From assembly GCA_035510635.1 (NCBI GenBank), contig DATKGU010000001.1, positions 649 through 64,648 of the forward strand: a stretch of DNA of 64,000 bases, written 5' to 3'. Below the pieces are notes generated by a model. It did no database searches, was not told where the DNA came from, and worked only from the letters and a program-made list of their open reading frames with translations. A program made the translations under genes and the position numbers. Every line of letters starts with the position of its first letter. The first letter of the stretch is position 1. This DNA is from Minisyncoccota bacterium (GTDB lineage Bacteria > Patescibacteriota > Minisyncoccia > Phycocordibacterales > SBAW01). This document shows positions 1 through 10,200 of the stretch, in pieces.

Positions 1-524
1 TGCGCGACTTGGCGGCGACACAAATTCTCGAGAAATTTCCTGAGGCGCCTGAACGTAAACCTGACCATAAGGTTGTCGGCCAGTGCGACGATTACCTCAA
101 ACGGTTATTCAGCTATTGCTATGAGCTTGCAAAAAAGTTGAAGCCGTTACATGGGGAGATTGAAGATCTGGGGGTTGAGTTTATGGAACCCCTCGACTTG
201 TTAATGGACATCGCAGCGGGGAAAGAAGACGCTTCGGACTTGTTTACTGAAAAGTTTGGAGGTCTAAGAATAATCAGTTTGCAAGTGATGGCGTTGCGGC
301 TCGGAAAGTTGAGGAAAGACCTCAAGCCAAAACAAGATTATCTTAATTTAATTGCGGCACACATTGTCCCCGAACTTCATCGGCGCATTCCCGATGCCGG
401 CAAATGTTCGCGCGTGGCGGTCACATCTGATTGGTCGGTTATTGCCGTTGAAGACGAGCAATTAAAAGATATATTGCAAAAGGGCCCCGCAAGCGTGTTC
501 GCTATTTTCACACGTAAACATTAG
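1..524 (+). CDS. hypothetical protein (5' end probably outside window; TTG at 9 is only a possible start)
   Basis: Frame is open to position 1. No recognisable motifs. Sits where rpsJ would normally precede rplC but is not S10. Confidence 0.45.
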   Translation, partial: RDLAATQILEKFPEAPERKPDHKVVGQCDDYLKRLFSYCYELAKKLKPLHGEIEDLGVEFMEPLDLLMDIAAGKEDASDLFTEKFGGLRIISLQVMALRLGKLRKDLKPKQDYLNLIAAHIVPELHRRIPDAGKCSRVAVTSDWSVIAVEDEQLKDILQKGPASVFAIFTRKH

Positions 525-534
525 AGTACATGTG

Positions 535-566
535 CCCGTTGCTTTTGGCGGCGGGCTTTTTCTTTT
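535..566 (+). terminator. intrinsic terminator-like hairpin (cccgttgc/gcggcggg, 8 bp) plus T-run
   Basis: Inverted repeat followed by ctttttctttt directly after the stop at 524. Confidence 0.55.
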
Positions 567-567
567 C

Positions 568-596
568 TTGCATAAAAAACAGGGTTGATGTATATT
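568..596 (+). promoter_or_regulatory. sigma70-like promoter TTGCAT-17-TATATT, followed by a leader hairpin plus T-run before rplC
   Basis: Consensus-like -35/-10 hexamers with 17-nt spacing. Downstream gcctg...caggc stem followed by tttttt (598-658), resembling an attenuator. Confidence 0.5.
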
Positions 597-668
597 GCCT
601 GAGACTCTCGAAATAGAGTTGATCCATGTCCCAGGCTTTTTTGGCCAATTGGGGGACCAATAGACAAC

Positions 669-1307
669 ATGAAATTTATCCTTGGAACAAAAGGGAAGAT
701 GACCACCGTATTTACGGAAGACGGCCGCGCTTGTGCAGCGACCGTCATTAATGCTACCCCAGCCGTGGTTACGCAAATCAAAACGAAAGAAAAGGAGGGC
801 TACAACGCGGTGCAGATTGGCGCTATCGACAAAAAAGAGAGCCACACCAACAAGGCACAGCTTGGGCATGCCAAGGGCAAAGCGTTTGCCAATTTTAAAG
901 AATATAAGGAGCGCGGCGGTGCATTGCCAGCAGGAGTTGAGGTTGGTGCAACCATCGACGTCACTGCTTTTGTCGAAGGAGAGAAGGTACAGGTTTCGGC
1001 AATCTCAAAAGGCCGCGGCTTCCAGGGCGTGGTTAAACGCCACGGCTTCCATGGCGGCCCGCGCTCACATGGTCAAAAGCACTCTGAGCGCTCTCCTGGC
1101 TCCATTGGTGGCTCAGGTGGTCGTGCAGGAGGTCGCGTGGCAAAGGGTATGCGCATGGCCGGCCGCATGGGTCAGGACCGCGTTACCGTTCGCAACTTGG
1201 CAGTGCTCCAGGTGCTCCCAGCAACCAACGAGATTGTTATCGCGGGCGCAGTGCCGGGTCGCCGTGGTACGGTTGTCGAGATTCGCGGCGCTGCAGCAAA
1301 GAAATAA
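669..1307 (+). CDS. rplC: 50S ribosomal protein L3
   Basis: Protein matches the L3 family throughout, including the Gly-rich GSIGGSGGRAGGRV region. Confidence 0.95.
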   Translation: MKFILGTKGKMTTVFTEDGRACAATVINATPAVVTQIKTKEKEGYNAVQIGAIDKKESHTNKAQLGHAKGKAFANFKEYKERGGALPAGVEVGATIDVTAFVEGEKVQVSAISKGRGFQGVVKRHGFHGGPRSHGQKHSERSPGSIGGSGGRAGGRVAKGMRMAGRMGQDRVTVRNLAVLQVLPATNEIVIAGAVPGRRGTVVEIRGAAAKK

Positions 1308-1310
1308 TTT

Positions 1311-2018
1311 ATGGCAACTAAAACTACTACAACTAAAAAAAGTAAGCTGGAGGCAACGCTTTTTAACGCGGCTGGCGAACAGGCAGGTACCTTTACTTTG
1401 CCGGAAAATCTCTTTGGCTTGCCGTGGAATGCCGACTTGGTGCATCAGGTGGTGCAGGGCATGCAAGCCAACGCACGCATGGGCAATGCACACACCAAAG
1501 ACCGCGGCGAGGTGCGCGGCGGCGGCCGCAAGCCGTGGCAGCAAAAGGGCACCGGCCGCGCGCGCCAAGGCTCGAGCCGCTCGCCTATCTGGAAGGGAGG
1601 CGGCGTCACACACGGCCCTCGCAATGACAAAGACTACAGCCAAAAAATAAACCGCCAGTCGCGCCAAAAGGCATTGCTCGTGGTGCTCTCGCGCAAGCTC
1701 AAAGACGGCGAAGTTATTTTGATAGACAAACTCAACTTTGCCGCGCCTAAGGCAAAAGAGGCAAAGCTTGTGATAGACGCCTTTGGCAAAATCGGCATGC
1801 GCGCGCTCAAAAAGAAAAATGCTGCTTTGATTGCGCTCCCTGCCATGCACGCGCCGACCTTTAAGAGTTTTGCCAACTTCGGAAACGTCGAGATGATAGA
1901 GGCGCGCAACTTAAACCCGCTCTCGCTCCTCTCGAGCAAGTACCTCGTGTTGGTAGACCCGGCCGCGGCTATTGAGACGCTCTCAAAAAAGCGCGTGGTT
2001 AAAACGGACGCAAAATAA
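1311..2018 (+). CDS. rplD: 50S ribosomal protein L4
   Basis: L4 family signature (GGGRKPWQQKGTGRARQGS), conserved operon position. Confidence 0.95.
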   Translation: MATKTTTTKKSKLEATLFNAAGEQAGTFTLPENLFGLPWNADLVHQVVQGMQANARMGNAHTKDRGEVRGGGRKPWQQKGTGRARQGSSRSPIWKGGGVTHGPRNDKDYSQKINRQSRQKALLVVLSRKLKDGEVILIDKLNFAAPKAKEAKLVIDAFGKIGMRALKKKNAALIALPAMHAPTFKSFANFGNVEMIEARNLNPLSLLSSKYLVLVDPAAAIETLSKKRVVKTDAK

Positions 2019-2021
2019 TAT

Positions 2022-2309
2022 ATGGAAAAGCACTCGGGAAAAATTTTACACTCGCCGCGCATTACCGAAAAAGGCGCATACCTCTCGGGGCATGGAGCCT
2101 ACGTGTTTAATGTTGCAAAGGGCGTCAGCAAAAAAGAGATAGCCAACGCCGTGCACACACTCTACAAAGTAACACCGCGCAAAATTGCAGTGCTCGCGGT
2201 GCCAAGTAAGCAGGTTAAAACACGCAACACCAACCGCACCGGTGCCACCGCCAAGGGTCGCAAGGCGTATGTGTATCTTAAAAAGGGAGAGACCATTGAT
2301 CTGGTATAA
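2022..2309 (+). CDS. rplW: 50S ribosomal protein L23
   Basis: L23-like 95 aa protein between rplD and rplB. Confidence 0.9.
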   Translation: MEKHSGKILHSPRITEKGAYLSGHGAYVFNVAKGVSKKEIANAVHTLYKVTPRKIAVLAVPSKQVKTRNTNRTGATAKGRKAYVYLKKGETIDLV

Positions 2310-2318
2310 AACAATTTT

Positions 2319-3167
2319 ATGAAAAGCTATAAACCATACACCAAGTCGCGCCGCCACATGACAACGGTCTCCTTCCGCAAAGTGTTAACCGCGAGCGAGC
2401 CGCACAAAGCACTCACCTCAGGGAGCAAGCGCGGGTTTGGCCGCAACAACGCGGGCCGCATCACCGTGCGCCATCAGGGCGGCGGACACAAGCGCTTGCT
2501 GCGCGATGTCGACTTTGGCTACAAAAAGCAGGTGCCTGCACGCATCGAAACGGTGGAGTATGACCCAAACCGCTCGGGCTTTATCGGTCTTTTGATTTAC
2601 AAAGATGGCGAGCGCCGCTACGCACTTTTGCCAAAGAGCGCCAAGGTTGGCGACACTATCGAAACTTCTGCCACTGCTGAGGTGAAACCGGGCAACCGCA
2701 TGCCATTGGTAAAAGTCCCAGTGGGTGCTTTTGTTTACAATGTTGAAATTAAACCGGGCAACGGCGGCAAGCTTGGCCGCTCGGCTGGCACACACATCGA
2801 GGTTATCGCACAGGACAACGGCTACACCGACCTCAAGATGCCTTCAAGCGAGGTGCGCAAAGTGCTCGACACCTGCTGGGCAACGCTCGGCGAGGTTTCC
2901 AACGATGAGCATCACCTTGTGGTGATTGGCAAAGCAGGCCGCTCGCGCTGGATGGGTATCCGCCCGACAGTGCGCGGTACCGCGATGAACCCTGTTGACC
3001 ACCCACACGGCGGCGGCGAGGGTAGGCAAGGCCGCGGTTTGCGCCGTGCAAAGAGCGCTTGGGGCAAACCCACAGGCAAAGGTCAAAAGACCCGCACACC
3101 TAAAAAGTATTCCAACCACCTCATTGTGTCTCGTCGCAAAGTGGGCAAGCGCGGAGCACAGCAGTAG
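2319..3167 (+). CDS. rplB: 50S ribosomal protein L2
   Basis: L2 motifs (VEYDPNRSGFIGL, HPHGGGEG). Confidence 0.95.
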   Translation: MKSYKPYTKSRRHMTTVSFRKVLTASEPHKALTSGSKRGFGRNNAGRITVRHQGGGHKRLLRDVDFGYKKQVPARIETVEYDPNRSGFIGLLIYKDGERRYALLPKSAKVGDTIETSATAEVKPGNRMPLVKVPVGAFVYNVEIKPGNGGKLGRSAGTHIEVIAQDNGYTDLKMPSSEVRKVLDTCWATLGEVSNDEHHLVVIGKAGRSRWMGIRPTVRGTAMNPVDHPHGGGEGRQGRGLRRAKSAWGKPTGKGQKTRTPKKYSNHLIVSRRKVGKRGAQQ

Positions 3168-3189
3168 GTTGGGAGAAAAGGGGAGAAGT

Positions 3190-3246
3190 TTGACTATCTA
3201 ATAAGTTTCCTGTAGTATCGAGCAAATCCCGCTTGGCGGGTTTTTG
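3190..3246 (+). promoter_or_regulatory. internal promoter TTGACT-17-TAGTAT plus cccgc/gcggg hairpin with T-run ahead of rpsS
   Basis: Hexamers at 3190-3195 and 3213-3218. Hairpin 3228-3240 followed by ttttt. Same promoter-then-hairpin-U architecture recurs at 568-660 and 17743-17800. Confidence 0.45.
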
Positions 3247-3268
3247 TTTAGAGAAGGGCACCAAAATA

Positions 3269-3628
3269 ATGGCACGATCACTTAAAAAAGGTCCGTACGT
3301 GGACGAGAAGCTCCTCAAGAAGATTGAGGGCAAGAAACCTCAGACAGCTGAGGCTATTAAAACGTGGGCACGTCGCTCGCAGATTGCGCCTGAGATGGTT
3401 GGCTTTACCTTTGGCGTCCACAACGGCAAGACGCACGTTGCCGTGTTGGTAAGCGAGGACATGGTGGGGCACCGCCTCGGCGAGTTTTCTCCAACAAAGA
3501 AGTTCCAGCGCCACGGCGGTAAGATGCAAAAGGAAATGGAGCAAAAGGCTAAAGAAGGCGAGATTGCATCCGCACAGGCTGCTAAAGCTGCCACCGATGC
3601 CAAGACCGCCGCTGCTGCAAAAAAATAA
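3269..3628 (+). CDS. rpsS: 30S ribosomal protein S19 with Lys/Ala-rich C-terminal extension
   Basis: [12 protein letters not shown]... S19 core. ORF track start 3233 is over-extended; the ATG at 3269 gives the canonical N-terminus. Confidence 0.93.
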   Translation: MARSLKKGPYVDEKLLKKIEGKKPQTAEAIKTWARRSQIAPEMVGFTFGVHNGKTHVAVLVSEDMVGHRLGEFSPTKKFQRHGGKMQKEMEQKAKEGEIASAQAAKAATDAKTAAAAKK

Positions 3629-3653
3629 ACTGCATACCCATTCGTAAACTCAT

Positions 3654-4004
3654 ATGACAGACGCAAGCGCAAAACTCAAAAACTATCGCCAGTCGCCCCG
3701 CAAGGTGCGCCTCGTTGCCGACTTGGTGCGCGGTAAAACCGCCGAGCACGCGCTTGCGCTCCTGGCTACGCTCCCTAAGCGTGCATCCGAGGCTATGAGC
3801 AAGCTCATCCTATCGGCTGTAGCCAATGCAAAGCTTCCGGCCAACGAGCTCATCATCTCTACCATCCAGGTCAACAGCGGTATCGTATTTAAGCGCGCAA
3901 TGCCTCGCGCCCGCGGCCGCTCAGCCCCCATCCGCAAAAAAACCAGCGTCGTAACCCTCGGCTTGTCGCGCCGCCCGGCTAAAGTGGCAGCAGCCGCTAA
4001 ATAA
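3654..4004 (+). CDS. rplV: 50S ribosomal protein L22
   Basis: L22 family sequence and operon position. Confidence 0.93.
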   Translation: MTDASAKLKNYRQSPRKVRLVADLVRGKTAEHALALLATLPKRASEAMSKLILSAVANAKLPANELIISTIQVNSGIVFKRAMPRARGRSAPIRKKTSVVTLGLSRRPAKVAAAAK

Positions 4005-4008
4005 TTTT

Positions 4009-4680
4009 ATGTCTAAAGTTGTACATCCATTTGCACACCGCCTTGGCATCCTCCGCGACTGGAGGCATCGTTGGTTTGCCACGGGCCCGCAGTATCAAGC
4101 CTATCTCAAGGCAGACATCCTACTCCGCGAATATTTGCAAAAGGAAATGCGCGGCATGTACATCGGCGGCATCGACATTGAGCGCGGCGCTGGGACACTG
4201 CGCGTTATCCTCAAGACCTCGCGCCCCGGCGTTATCATCGGCCGCTCTGGCGAGGGCTCGCTCAAGCTCAAAAACAAAATCGCTGCATTTCTCAAGAGCA
4301 AAAAACTCGAAGTGCCGGAGATAAAACTCGACATCGAGGAAATCCGCTCGCCTGAGAGCAATGCGGCAATCGTGGCCTACATGGTCGCCGAGAGTTTGGA
4401 AAAGCGCTTGGCGTTTCGCCGCGTGCTCAAGCAAACGATAGAGAAGGTGATGGCCAACCGCGATGTGCTCGGCGTGCGCATCCAGCTTGGTGGCATGCTT
4501 GGCGGCGGCTCTATGTCGCGCACCGAGCAGCTCAAAAAAGGCCGCATCCCGCTCCAAACCTTCCGCTCCGACATCGACTTTGCGCGCGAGAGGGCAAACT
4601 TGCCGCTTGGTGTCATTGGCATCAAGGTGTGGATATACAAAGGCGAGGTCTTTTCCACGCCAAGTGGAAAAGACAAATAA
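4009..4680 (+). CDS. rpsC: 30S ribosomal protein S3
   Basis: KH-domain S3 sequence (GIDIERGAGTLRVILKTSRPGVIIGRSG). Confidence 0.95.
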   Translation: MSKVVHPFAHRLGILRDWRHRWFATGPQYQAYLKADILLREYLQKEMRGMYIGGIDIERGAGTLRVILKTSRPGVIIGRSGEGSLKLKNKIAAFLKSKKLEVPEIKLDIEEIRSPESNAAIVAYMVAESLEKRLAFRRVLKQTIEKVMANRDVLGVRIQLGGMLGGGSMSRTEQLKKGRIPLQTFRSDIDFARERANLPLGVIGIKVWIYKGEVFSTPSGKDK

Positions 4681-4704
4681 AAAAGCGCTGACTATATAAC
4701 TACT

Positions 4705-5127
4705 ATGTTAACTCCTAAGAAAGTAAAATATCGCAAGTGGCACACCATGCGCCGCAATGCCAAAAAGGGCAAGGTGGAAACCCGCGGCATTACGGTGGCC
4801 TTTGGCTCGCACGGCCTTAAAGCTACCACGCATGCACGCATCCGCTCCAACCAGCTCGAGAGCGCCCGCAAGGTGGTGGTGCGCAGTTTGGGTAAAACCG
4901 GCAAGATGTGGACGCGCGTATTTCCTGACAAGCCGTTTACGCAAAAGCCGCCGGAGGTAAAGCTCGGTAAAGGTAAGGGCGACCCGGTAGGGTACGAGGT
5001 TGATGTCTGGCCCGGCCGCATCATCTTTGAGGTAGATGGCGTAACCGATGTGCTTGCAACCAAAGCGCTCGCCAGTGCCGCCAAAAAACTTCCGCTCCAA
5101 GCAAAAGTGGTCGCAAGGCATCAATAA
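4705..5127 (+). CDS. rplP: 50S ribosomal protein L16
   Basis: L16 family (KYRKWHTMRRNAKKGK...). Confidence 0.95.
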   Translation: MLTPKKVKYRKWHTMRRNAKKGKVETRGITVAFGSHGLKATTHARIRSNQLESARKVVVRSLGKTGKMWTRVFPDKPFTQKPPEVKLGKGKGDPVGYEVDVWPGRIIFEVDGVTDVLATKALASAAKKLPLQAKVVARHQ

Positions 5128-5133
5128 AAATAT

Positions 5134-5325
5134 ATGGCAAAGAAAAACGATTTACATAACCACACCGAGGAAGAGCTCAACACGCTTGTTGCCGACAAGC
5201 GCGAGGAGTTGCGCGTCTTGCGTTTTGCCGCTTCTGGGAGTAAAAACAAAAACGTAAAGCTTGGGAGCACGCTCCGCAAACAAATAGCCCGCGCACTTAC
5301 CGCCAAGCGTGCGCTCAAAAAATAA
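5134..5325 (+). CDS. rpmC: 50S ribosomal protein L29
   Basis: 63 aa L29-like protein, conserved position. Confidence 0.9.
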   Translation: MAKKNDLHNHTEEELNTLVADKREELRVLRFAASGSKNKNVKLGSTLRKQIARALTAKRALKK

Positions 5326-5326
5326 T

Positions 5327-5578
5327 ATGGAAACGAAAATCTTAAAAGAAACACATCGCAAGATACTCCGTGGCACGGTGGTGTCCGACAAAATGCAAGA
5401 CACTGCAGTGGTGGCTGTCTCGCGCTATGTGAAGCATCCTAAATACAAAAAGTATCTTAAGATCACCAAAAAGTATCACGTGCATAATCCGGGCAACAAA
5501 GCCAAAGAGGGCGATGTGGTAAGCATCCGCTCGTGCCGCCCCCTTTCCAAGACCAAATCGTTCGAGATTTTATTTTAA
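5327..5578 (+). CDS. rpsQ: 30S ribosomal protein S17
   Basis: S17 OB-fold sequence. ATG at 5327 (METKIL) preferred over the track start 5309. Confidence 0.92.
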   Translation: METKILKETHRKILRGTVVSDKMQDTAVVAVSRYVKHPKYKKYLKITKKYHVHNPGNKAKEGDVVSIRSCRPLSKTKSFEILF

Positions 5579-5584
5579 AACACC

Positions 5585-5965
5585 ATGATCCAAGACCGCT
5601 CACTCGTAGTCATTGCAGATAACTCCGGCGCCAAAATCGGACGCATTTTCAAAATACCCGGCTCCTCACGCAAGCGCTACGCCGAGATAGGCGAGGTGGT
5701 GGTGCTCTCGGTGCAAACCGCCGAGCCGCGCAAGGCTGTTAAGAAAAAAGACGTGCTCAAGGCTGTGGTTGTGCGCCAGCGCAAACCGTTTCGCCGCAAA
5801 GACGGCTCGTATATCCGCTTTGACGAAAACGCGGTGGTCATACTCGATACCGGCGGCAAAGACAAAAAAGAGCCGAAGGCAGGCCGCATCTTTGGCCCGA
5901 TACCGCGCGAGCTCCAGGAGCTTGGCTATCAAACCATCATTTCGCGCGCGCCGGAGGTCGTATAA
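5585..5965 (+). CDS. rplN: 50S ribosomal protein L14
   Basis: L14 family (MIQDRSLVVIADNSGAK...). Confidence 0.95.
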   Translation: MIQDRSLVVIADNSGAKIGRIFKIPGSSRKRYAEIGEVVVLSVQTAEPRKAVKKKDVLKAVVVRQRKPFRRKDGSYIRFDENAVVILDTGGKDKKEPKAGRIFGPIPRELQELGYQTIISRAPEVV

Positions 5966-5972
5966 AAATTGT

Positions 5973-6254
5973 ATGAACACACTGCATATCAAAAAAGGAG
6001 ACAACGTTACCGTTCTCTCCGGTAACGAAAAAGGGAAGAGCGGCAAAGTGCTCGAGACCTACCCCAAGCTCAACATGGTGCTCGTGGAGGGCGTCATGAT
6101 GCGCAAAAAGCACCAGAAGGCGCGCCGCGAGGGTCAAAAGGGTCAAATCATCGACAAACATTTTCCTATCCACGCAAGCAATGTCGCGCTGAGTGGAGCC
6201 AAAAAGAAGACCGCTAAACCGGCAGCCAAAGCGGTAAAAAAGTCAGCAAAATAA
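5973..6254 (+). CDS. rplX: 50S ribosomal protein L24
   Basis: KOW-domain L24 (MNTLHIKKGDNVTVLSGNEKGKSGKV). Track ORF 5769-6254 is an upstream over-extension overlapping rplN. Confidence 0.92.
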   Translation: MNTLHIKKGDNVTVLSGNEKGKSGKVLETYPKLNMVLVEGVMMRKKHQKARREGQKGQIIDKHFPIHASNVALSGAKKKTAKPAAKAVKKSAK

Positions 6255-6263
6255 ACCACTACT

Positions 6264-6818
6264 ATGCCTAAATTAATTCAAGAACAACAGCAAACCGCGT
6301 TTGACGCACTCAAAGGAGAGTTTGGGTGGACCAACCGCATGCAGGTGCCTAAGCTCCAAAAGGTGGTTATCTCCGTGGGCGTAGGCAAAATGGCCAAAGA
6401 CAAAAACAAAGTCGAGTTGGTGGCCGACCGCCTTGCAAAAATTACCGGTCAAAAGCCTGCCGACCGCGGCGCTAAAAAGTCTATCGCAACGTACAAAACA
6501 CGCATCGGCGACAAAATTGGCTACCAAATTACGCTCCGCGGCAAGCGCATGCAAGATTTTCTTAACCGCCTCATCCACATTGCGCTCCCGCGCACCAAAG
6601 ACTTTAAAGGCATCGGGGCGAAAGGCATCGATGCGATGGGCAACTACACGCTCGGCATCAAAGAGCACATCGTCTTCCCCGAGACAGCCGACGAAGACAT
6701 CAAAGACGTCTTTGGCATGGCCGCAACCGTGGTAACGACTGCCAAAAACCCTAAAGAAGCAAAAGCATACCTAACGCACCTCGGTTTTCCGTTTAAGAAG
6801 GACGTTTCGCAAAAATAA
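6264..6818 (+). CDS. rplE: 50S ribosomal protein L5
   Basis: L5 family, conserved position. Confidence 0.95.
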   Translation: MPKLIQEQQQTAFDALKGEFGWTNRMQVPKLQKVVISVGVGKMAKDKNKVELVADRLAKITGQKPADRGAKKSIATYKTRIGDKIGYQITLRGKRMQDFLNRLIHIALPRTKDFKGIGAKGIDAMGNYTLGIKEHIVFPETADEDIKDVFGMAATVVTTAKNPKEAKAYLTHLGFPFKKDVSQK

Positions 6819-6942
6819 CGTTTCGTCCCTTAGTTAAAGGAGATTCTAGATTTCGACTTGGATGGTTGCAGTTGACTCCTGGGGTACCATTTTGGGAGAC
6901 TATTTACATATTCTAGTTAAAAAGTAGGGTCATATAGATTTG

Positions 6943-6971
6943 CCGCCTAGCATTGAGTCAGGCGGCTTTTT
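6943..6971 (+). terminator. intrinsic terminator (gccgcct/aggcggc stem plus ttttt) after rplE
   Basis: 7-bp GC stem, 11-nt loop, T-run. Not expected inside a contiguous spc operon, so it marks an island boundary. Confidence 0.6.
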
Positions 6972-7162
6972 CCATTCCATAGACAATGAGGAGTGTTAAT
7001 TTTTGTTGTCCCCATCCACACCCCAACTCCACCTCGTATTAAAAAGTGGGGTATTATTACTACGGTAGCTCGCATCTTTGAGAGCTATCACGTTCTTACA
7101 ATTGAATATCAGCGAGTAGCCTAAACCATCGAGCGTTCGGTGGCATGGTGAAAGCGAAAAAT

Positions 7163-7262
7163 GTCCAGTTAGACATAAAAAACCCATCATGGGAATGTCT
7201 AACTGGCCGTACCGGGAAACTGGTACGGGAGGTTTCGGCCTCCACCCGTGGTGGGCTTTTTG
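7163..7262 (+). promoter_or_regulatory. structured leader with four consecutive hairpins, the last a terminator-like stem plus T-run 7 nt before the start codon
   Basis: 12-bp perfect stem ccagttagacat/atgtctaactgg (7165-7206), then ccgtacc/ggtacgg, gagg/cctc, ccacc/ggtgg followed by ctttttgctttc and ATG at 7268. Confidence 0.45.
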
Positions 7263-7267
7263 CTTTC

Positions 7268-10200
7268 ATGAATAAATATTTCTTTCGCAATATTTCAATA
7301 AAAATCGTAGCTTCGTGGGCAACCGTTATTTTCGTGTTCGCAACATTACTCTGCTCTCCATCGGCCGCCTTAGCCATTAGCTATACACCGGGCCAAACAC
7401 TCAACCCAGCGTGTACACCCACTGACCCAACCTGTGTAGTTACTTCAACCACCAATCAGGCGGCAATATTTGTCGCCACTTCTACAACGGCTACCTCCAC
7501 TTTTGCAGGCAATGTTTCAGTCTCTGGCAATGTAGCCATCGGCAGCCTATCCGGTATCCTCAAAGCAGTAACCGGTGTTGTAACAACGGCACTTGTTAAC
7601 CTCTCTGGCGATGTCACTGGAATTCTCGGTATCAGTAATGGTGGCACTGGCACTTCAACTTCGCCAACTTACGGAAAAATATTGGTGGGCAATGGCTCGG
7701 GTGGTTACAACCTCATGGCCACTTCATCGCTCGGAATTGTTACTTCATCTGCAGTATATGCGACAAACTACGGCGTTAAATGCGATGGCGTGACCGATGA
7801 CACGGCAGCAATGCAAGCCGCAGCGAATACGGGTCGGGTTGTTATGTATCCGGCCGGCGTGTGTAAGTTCTCGACATTGGTCATCTCATCCGGTGGCATC
7901 ATCGGCGAAGGTGAGATGGTCCTTCCAGGGAGTTCCCCAAATCTTATTCCTGGCGGTACGGTATTGTTGTCGACTGATACAGGAAGTGGAAATACTATTT
8001 CTTATGTAGCCGACTGGAGTACCGGTAACCCCGGCGTATTTCGTAATTTTTCGCTATTGCCAAGCTCGGGTACGGTCCAAAAGTCCGGCGGCGTAGGTAT
8101 TTATATTAGCGGCAATGTCAGCGGCGACGGATATGTAAACAATTATACAGCAGTCGATAATATATTAATCCGTTACTTTCCCACCTCGATATCACTTCAG
8201 GACTCAGCTGCCTGGACTATCTCAAATAGTAATTTTCTTTTCTATAGAGTCGCTGGCATTGCTGCGGGTAACTTAATTGCCCCCGACCAAGGCGACTCTA
8301 GCATTTATGCGACCACTCTTTTCAATGGCAATGGAGGTGAGTGGGCGACAGAAGGTTCCGGAATCCTCCAGACTTCGAGCGGTGGCCTAAAGATTTCGGA
8401 TACAAAATTTAATGGTGGAAAATATGGCTACCAATGGGCGCAAGCAGGGCAGACCTCCGACACGTTGATTTCAAACAGCAGTTTTGAGAATATCTCAACG
8501 GCAGCTGTCGATTTTCAGAATACAATCAATACATCGGGCTCACCTGTCCGTTTTACCAATATAAAAATCACTGGAAATCAGTTTGCCGGCGACAACCGCG
8601 ATATTTATCTGGAGCCTATTTCACAATATTTGGGCTCATCTTATTGGGACAACATTGTTATATCCGGAAATACTTTCTATCTTGCGACTCTCAGCTCCAT
8701 CGAGCTAGACACGGCTCGAGAGTTTACGATCGTCGGGAATACCATAAATGGTAATTACTCTACACCGGTAGGTATTTTGATTGCATCGTCTGATGATGCT
8801 ACAGGATTTGTAGGAGCAAACAATATTTCCGGTGTCGGCACGGCGGTTGTAAACAATAGTGCCACAGTAACCGTCAGTTCCAGCAACAGTGCCGTTGGGG
8901 CTTTTAATGTTTCTGGTACGGGTGCTGCGTATCAGCTCTTTGGAAATACTGCCTTGTTCGCGAGCACCACAAACTCTTCGCTTGCCGTTGGCGCGCCTGA
9001 AGCTGCTGGCTGGATGACCGCATCTTCGTCTCCCCAATGGCGCTCGATTGCTATCGGCGCTGGTGCACTTGCCACTACTCCAATCAACAGTGCAGCAACC
9101 AAAAACATCGCTGTAGGATACAACGCACTCAATGCCAACACTTCGGGTTTTTGGAATACCGCCGTAGGAGATAGTGCGCTTAACTCCAACACCTCCGGCA
9201 TACTCAATGTTGCGACCGGAATGAATGCACTTAATGCTAATACCACTGGTGGCTATAATGTCGCGACTGGCTTTCAAGCTCTCTACACGAACACCACCGG
9301 TAGTGACAATGCAGCGGTAGGGTATAACGTCCTTAATAATAACCTAACCGCTGCAAATACCGTTGCAATAGGTTTTAGTGCGGCAGTAGGTTCGGGCAGC
9401 TATTCAAACCAAGGTGGTGTTTATATTGGTTACCAGGCAGGCGATCAGGTCCAAACGGGCTCCGACTACAACACCATCATCGGTTATAATGCCGGCTACG
9501 CTCTGACTACTGGCGCGCGCAATATTCTTATTGGTCAGTCCACTATTCCGACTTCTTACAATCAGGTCAAAACTGGCTCAAAGAACATATCAATTGGTAA
9601 TGATGTGGCAGTTGCATCTTCAACCGCATCCAACCAACTCGACATTGGCAACTTCATTTATGGAACAGGCTTGAGCGGCACTGGGGCGAGCGTCTCACCC
9701 GCATACATCGGATTCGGTACCACCACCCCATATGCTTCTCTCGAAGTTTGGGGCTCCACCAACACGGGTTCAACCACAGTCTTCTCGGTCGTGAGCAGCG
9801 CCTCCACTACACTCTTCTCCGTTTCTGCAAACGGATACGCCACCCTTCAAAACTCCCTCTACCAAAGCTCAGACCAACGCCTCAAAACTGACATTACTAC
9901 TCTGGATGCATCATCTTCTCTTGCTGCATTGTTAGCACTTACTCCTGTTTCCTATACCCGCATCGACCAGCCTGAGCTTGGTACTAACTTAGGATTCATT
10001 GCCCAACAGGTGCAACAAATCTTCCCTGAACTTGTCTCTACCAGCTCACCAACAGCTCTTACCCCTGACGGTACACTTACACTCAATTACACAGGCCTTA
10101 TTGCTCCGATTGTGAAAGCGATACAAGCGATTGCAAGTGAGATTGTTTCTATTCAAAATACGATTGCGGGGTTTGCCAATAGTTTTACAACCAAACAACT

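Noticed and set aside
733-1850. Long alternative-frame and antisense ORFs (733-1650 +, 1113-1850 -) inside rplC/rplD, and many similar ones throughout the r-protein genes
   Set aside because: High GC content keeps off-frames open. They overlap well-supported conserved genes and encode low-complexity Arg/Ala-rich sequences.
5769-6254. 161-aa ORF as given by the track
   Set aside because: It is an upstream extension overlapping rplN. The conserved L24 starts at ATG 5973.
8900-9700. Possible CRISPR or nucleotide tandem-repeat array within the large surface-protein genes
   Set aside because: The periodicity is at the protein level (about 13-15 aa N-x-A-V-G units). Nucleotide repeats are degenerate with no regular spacer structure. 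No cas genes.
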